DNA of 39,135 nt from Catajapyx aquilonaris (Eukaryota), in the NCBI GenBank assembly GCA_000934665.2, contig JYFJ02003661.1, positions 1-39,135 of the forward strand, in the 5' to 3' direction. A program made the translations under genes and the position numbers. Of the stretch, positions 36,480 through 39,135 are shown piece by piece. The notes beneath the pieces were generated by a model. That model worked only from the letters and a program-made list of their open reading frames with translations, was not told the origin of the DNA and did no database searches. The stretch's first letter is position 1. Each line of letters begins with the position of its first letter.

Positions 36480-38877
36480 ATGGCGTCGACTGCGAGCATG
36501 CACAAGAACTGGAGGACCACCATGGAGAGGATAGACAAGTACATCTCCAGGTTGTACTTCACCGATGTCAACCTTACCAGCAAGCTCTATCCGAAGAGCT
36601 GCCCTGTCAAAGGTGCTTATCTCTCATCAAATAATGCAGTGATTGTGAATTGTGTTTGAACCCACTTTAGACCTGCAGTACTGCTCCCTGAGTGGAAGGT
36701 GGGAAGAATACAAGTTTGATGACATACTGAAGATGGAATTCAAACCGGCCCACATTGGACAGTCGTTCTCACCAACGTGGTCCACTCACTGGTTTAAAGT
36801 GGGTTGACATCTTCAGGCATCACTACAGTAAGTAATTGAGGTGCCATTTCCAGGTGGTGGTGGAAATCCCAACGGACTGGGCCGGGGAAGAAGTTCACTT
36901 GAGGTGGAACTCAAATAGCGAAGCGATGCTGTGGTCTGACAAGGGAGAGCCACTGCAAGGTCTCTCAGGATCCCCCGACAGCCAGATCAGGGAAGAGTAT
37001 ATCATATCCCGATCATGGCAGCCAGAAGAAACAGTAAAAACCTTCTATGTTGAGATGACTTGCAATGCCATGTTTGGAGCAGGAGATGGGGACCAGATAG
37101 GTTTGTGTACATGTCGTATGCTGATCCTGCATCCTGTTTTAGAATATGCCTGAATTATTTTTGCTTTCAGCTCCTCCCAATCCAAATTCTTCATACACTC
37201 TGAGTCGTGTGGAGGTGTCCACGTTCAATCGAATTGCCTTTGGACTCACGCTGGATCTGGAGATTATGAGAGATATGGCAAAAGAGCTGAGGGAAGAGCA
37301 TCGAGGTTATGATGCTCTGTATGCGGGAAATGAGATGATCAACCACTTGCAGGGTGGAAACATGCAGTACGCAATTTTTTCCTGCAATGAAGTCCGTGCC
37401 TTCAAGAGCAAAAGAGTACAAGAAATGTAATTTCAGAGCTGCGAAGGAGGTTTCGAGAAGATTTTTCAGTTATTCCAATGGCACAAAAGCTCACCTTTTG
37501 GCAGCCATGGGTCACTGCCATATAGACTCTGCCTGGCTGTGGCCATACAGTGAGACCATCAGGAAGTGTGGAAGGAGCTGGTCTGCCGTAATAGGACTTA
37601 TGGATTCGTATGAGGATTTTTATTTTACTTGCTCACAGGTAAGGTACTTTACAATTGAAGTAATAGGAAGTGCAGGGTGTATTATTATGCATCATGATAC
37701 TACTGCCATTTGCTAACTGCATCCCACCTTATTCAGGCTCAGCAGTTTCAGTGGGTGAAAGAGTATTACCCTGGATTGTATGACAAGATGAAGAAGTATG
37801 TTGCTGCCGGTAGATTCATTCCAGTTGGAGGGACCTGGATAGAAATGGATGGAAATATTCCTAGGTAGGGGTTGATTTTTATGAGGGCACATTAATACTA
37901 TGTGACACCAAAGATATTGCCCACATATGCAGTGAACATATTTCCTGCACATATTGCCACATCCTGTTAATTTTTTTTCGTACCTATTTAACACCACTTT
38001 AAAAAGTAGTGCAGTGTTACATTACTGTCACTTAGAAGTGCTTAGTTGACCGATTAAAAGGCAAAACTTCCACATCTGAAACTTAGATTGCTATGCTGTG
38101 AATGTGGACAGATTAATTTAATGCATGCTTGACTTTCCAAAAACTGTCAGGATTTTGATTTGTTTTCTAGTGGTGAATCATTTGTGAGGCAGTTTCTGTA
38201 TGGACAGAAATTCTTTCATGATGAATTTTCTGTGCGGTGCAAGGAATTCTGGTTGCCAGACACTTTTGGTTATTCTGCACAGATACCTCAGATTATGCAG
38301 GTGAGAATCTACATTTGGTTGAGTCCCACTGCTCGAGAAAGTTTTGTCATGTGAAAAACCAATGATTCTTATTTGTGTGTTTAAGAAATTGTGAGGCCTG
38401 ACCTCTAGGTAGTAAAGTTTTGATTTCTGCATTCCTTTTATGTCATGTATGCAGCATGTGGGTTTGACTCGCTTCCTGACCCAAAAGCTGTCGTGGAGCC
38501 TGGTGAATAAGTTTCCCCACCACAATTTCTGGTGGGAGGGGATAGACGGGAGCCAAGTTCTGGTCCACTTTCCCCCTGGAGATTCATACGAGATGAAGTG
38601 CACAGTGGCAGAGGCTGTACGCACGTCCAGAAACCTTGCTGACAAGGGAAGGGTTGGTGTCAGCGCCTTCTTGTTTGGATATGGGGATGGTGGAGGGGGA
38701 CCAACAGCAGCCATGTTGGAGAGGGCCCTGCGGATGAGGGACGTGGATGGACTCCCTAGAATGGAGGCCAGCACACCAGACAGACTCTTTTCACAGTTGG
38801 AGATGGATGGTGGCAAGTTGTGCAAGTGGGCTGGAGAGTTGTATCTCGAGTTGCATAATGCTACGTACACTAGCCAG
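36480..38877 (+). CDS. MAN2C1: Cytosolic alpha-mannosidase 2C1, GH38 (3'-partial). Exons 36480-36612, 36671-36798, 36854-37100, 37171-37366, 37437-37638, 37737-37864, 38171-38300, 38454-38877
   Basis: [79 protein letters not shown] and W.GELYLELH. Confidence 0.96.
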
Positions 38878-39040
38878 GTGATATGTTTTGCTTTCTCTCC
38901 GCAGCAGTGTGACCTGCAGTAAGGAAATACTTTTTCTAGTTTTTGAATGGGTTTAGAAATAATTTGTAAATCATTTGAAAGTTTCCATTAAATTTTTTTT
39001 CCATAATGTAACTGAACAATATGTTTGTAGTAGATATCTA

Positions 39041-39135
39041 CAGAGTTGGGTAAGTTACTTTTGAAATGTAACTGGTTACAGTTACAGTTATTCAGTCCAA
39101 AAAAGTAACTAGTTACAGTTACAAGTTACTTTGAC
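39041..39135. mobile_element. Possible non-autonomous hAT-like DNA transposon end in MAN2C1 intron
   Basis: Starts CAGAGTTGGG followed by repeated GTAACT/AGTTAC subterminal motifs. The other end is off-window. Confidence 0.45.

Noticed and set aside
1..39135. CRISPR array, prophage or other prokaryotic system
   Set aside because: Spliceosomal introns and metazoan genes throughout; no repeat-spacer array seen.

Overview
Gene-dense eukaryotic (invertebrate, arthropod-like) genomic DNA with short GT-AG introns; not prokaryotic. Thirteen protein-coding genes can be built by hand. In order: GARS1 (+, 5' end off-window), PIGP (-), LAGE3/Pcc1 (-, missed by the ORF track), ARL5 (+), DUSP19 (-), PUSL1 (-), RER1 (+), SDHB (-), PPP1R35/Rcd4-like (+), VEPH1/melted (-), TRMT10A (-), a 3-domain granulin (-) and MAN2C1 (+, 3' end off-window). 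Mobile elements: a tRNA-derived SINE with a perfect 16-bp TSD, three copies of a Harbinger-like MITE (two nested in Tc1/mariner-type MITEs), a probable Helitron 3' end and a 62-bp-arm hairpin. Most notable: (1) an in-frame 294-nt cassette exon in a GlyRS intron encoding an EF1-beta-type GST-C-like domain; (2) two apparent dicistronic units in which a spliced tRNA-modification gene runs into an intronless second ORF (Pcc1-PIGP with an ATGA stop/start overlap; PUSL1-DUSP19 with a 74-nt out-of-frame overlap); (3) duplicated, probably mutually exclusive RER1 exons with a steric-exclusion intron signature. Gene names come from recognising protein sequences, not from database searches.
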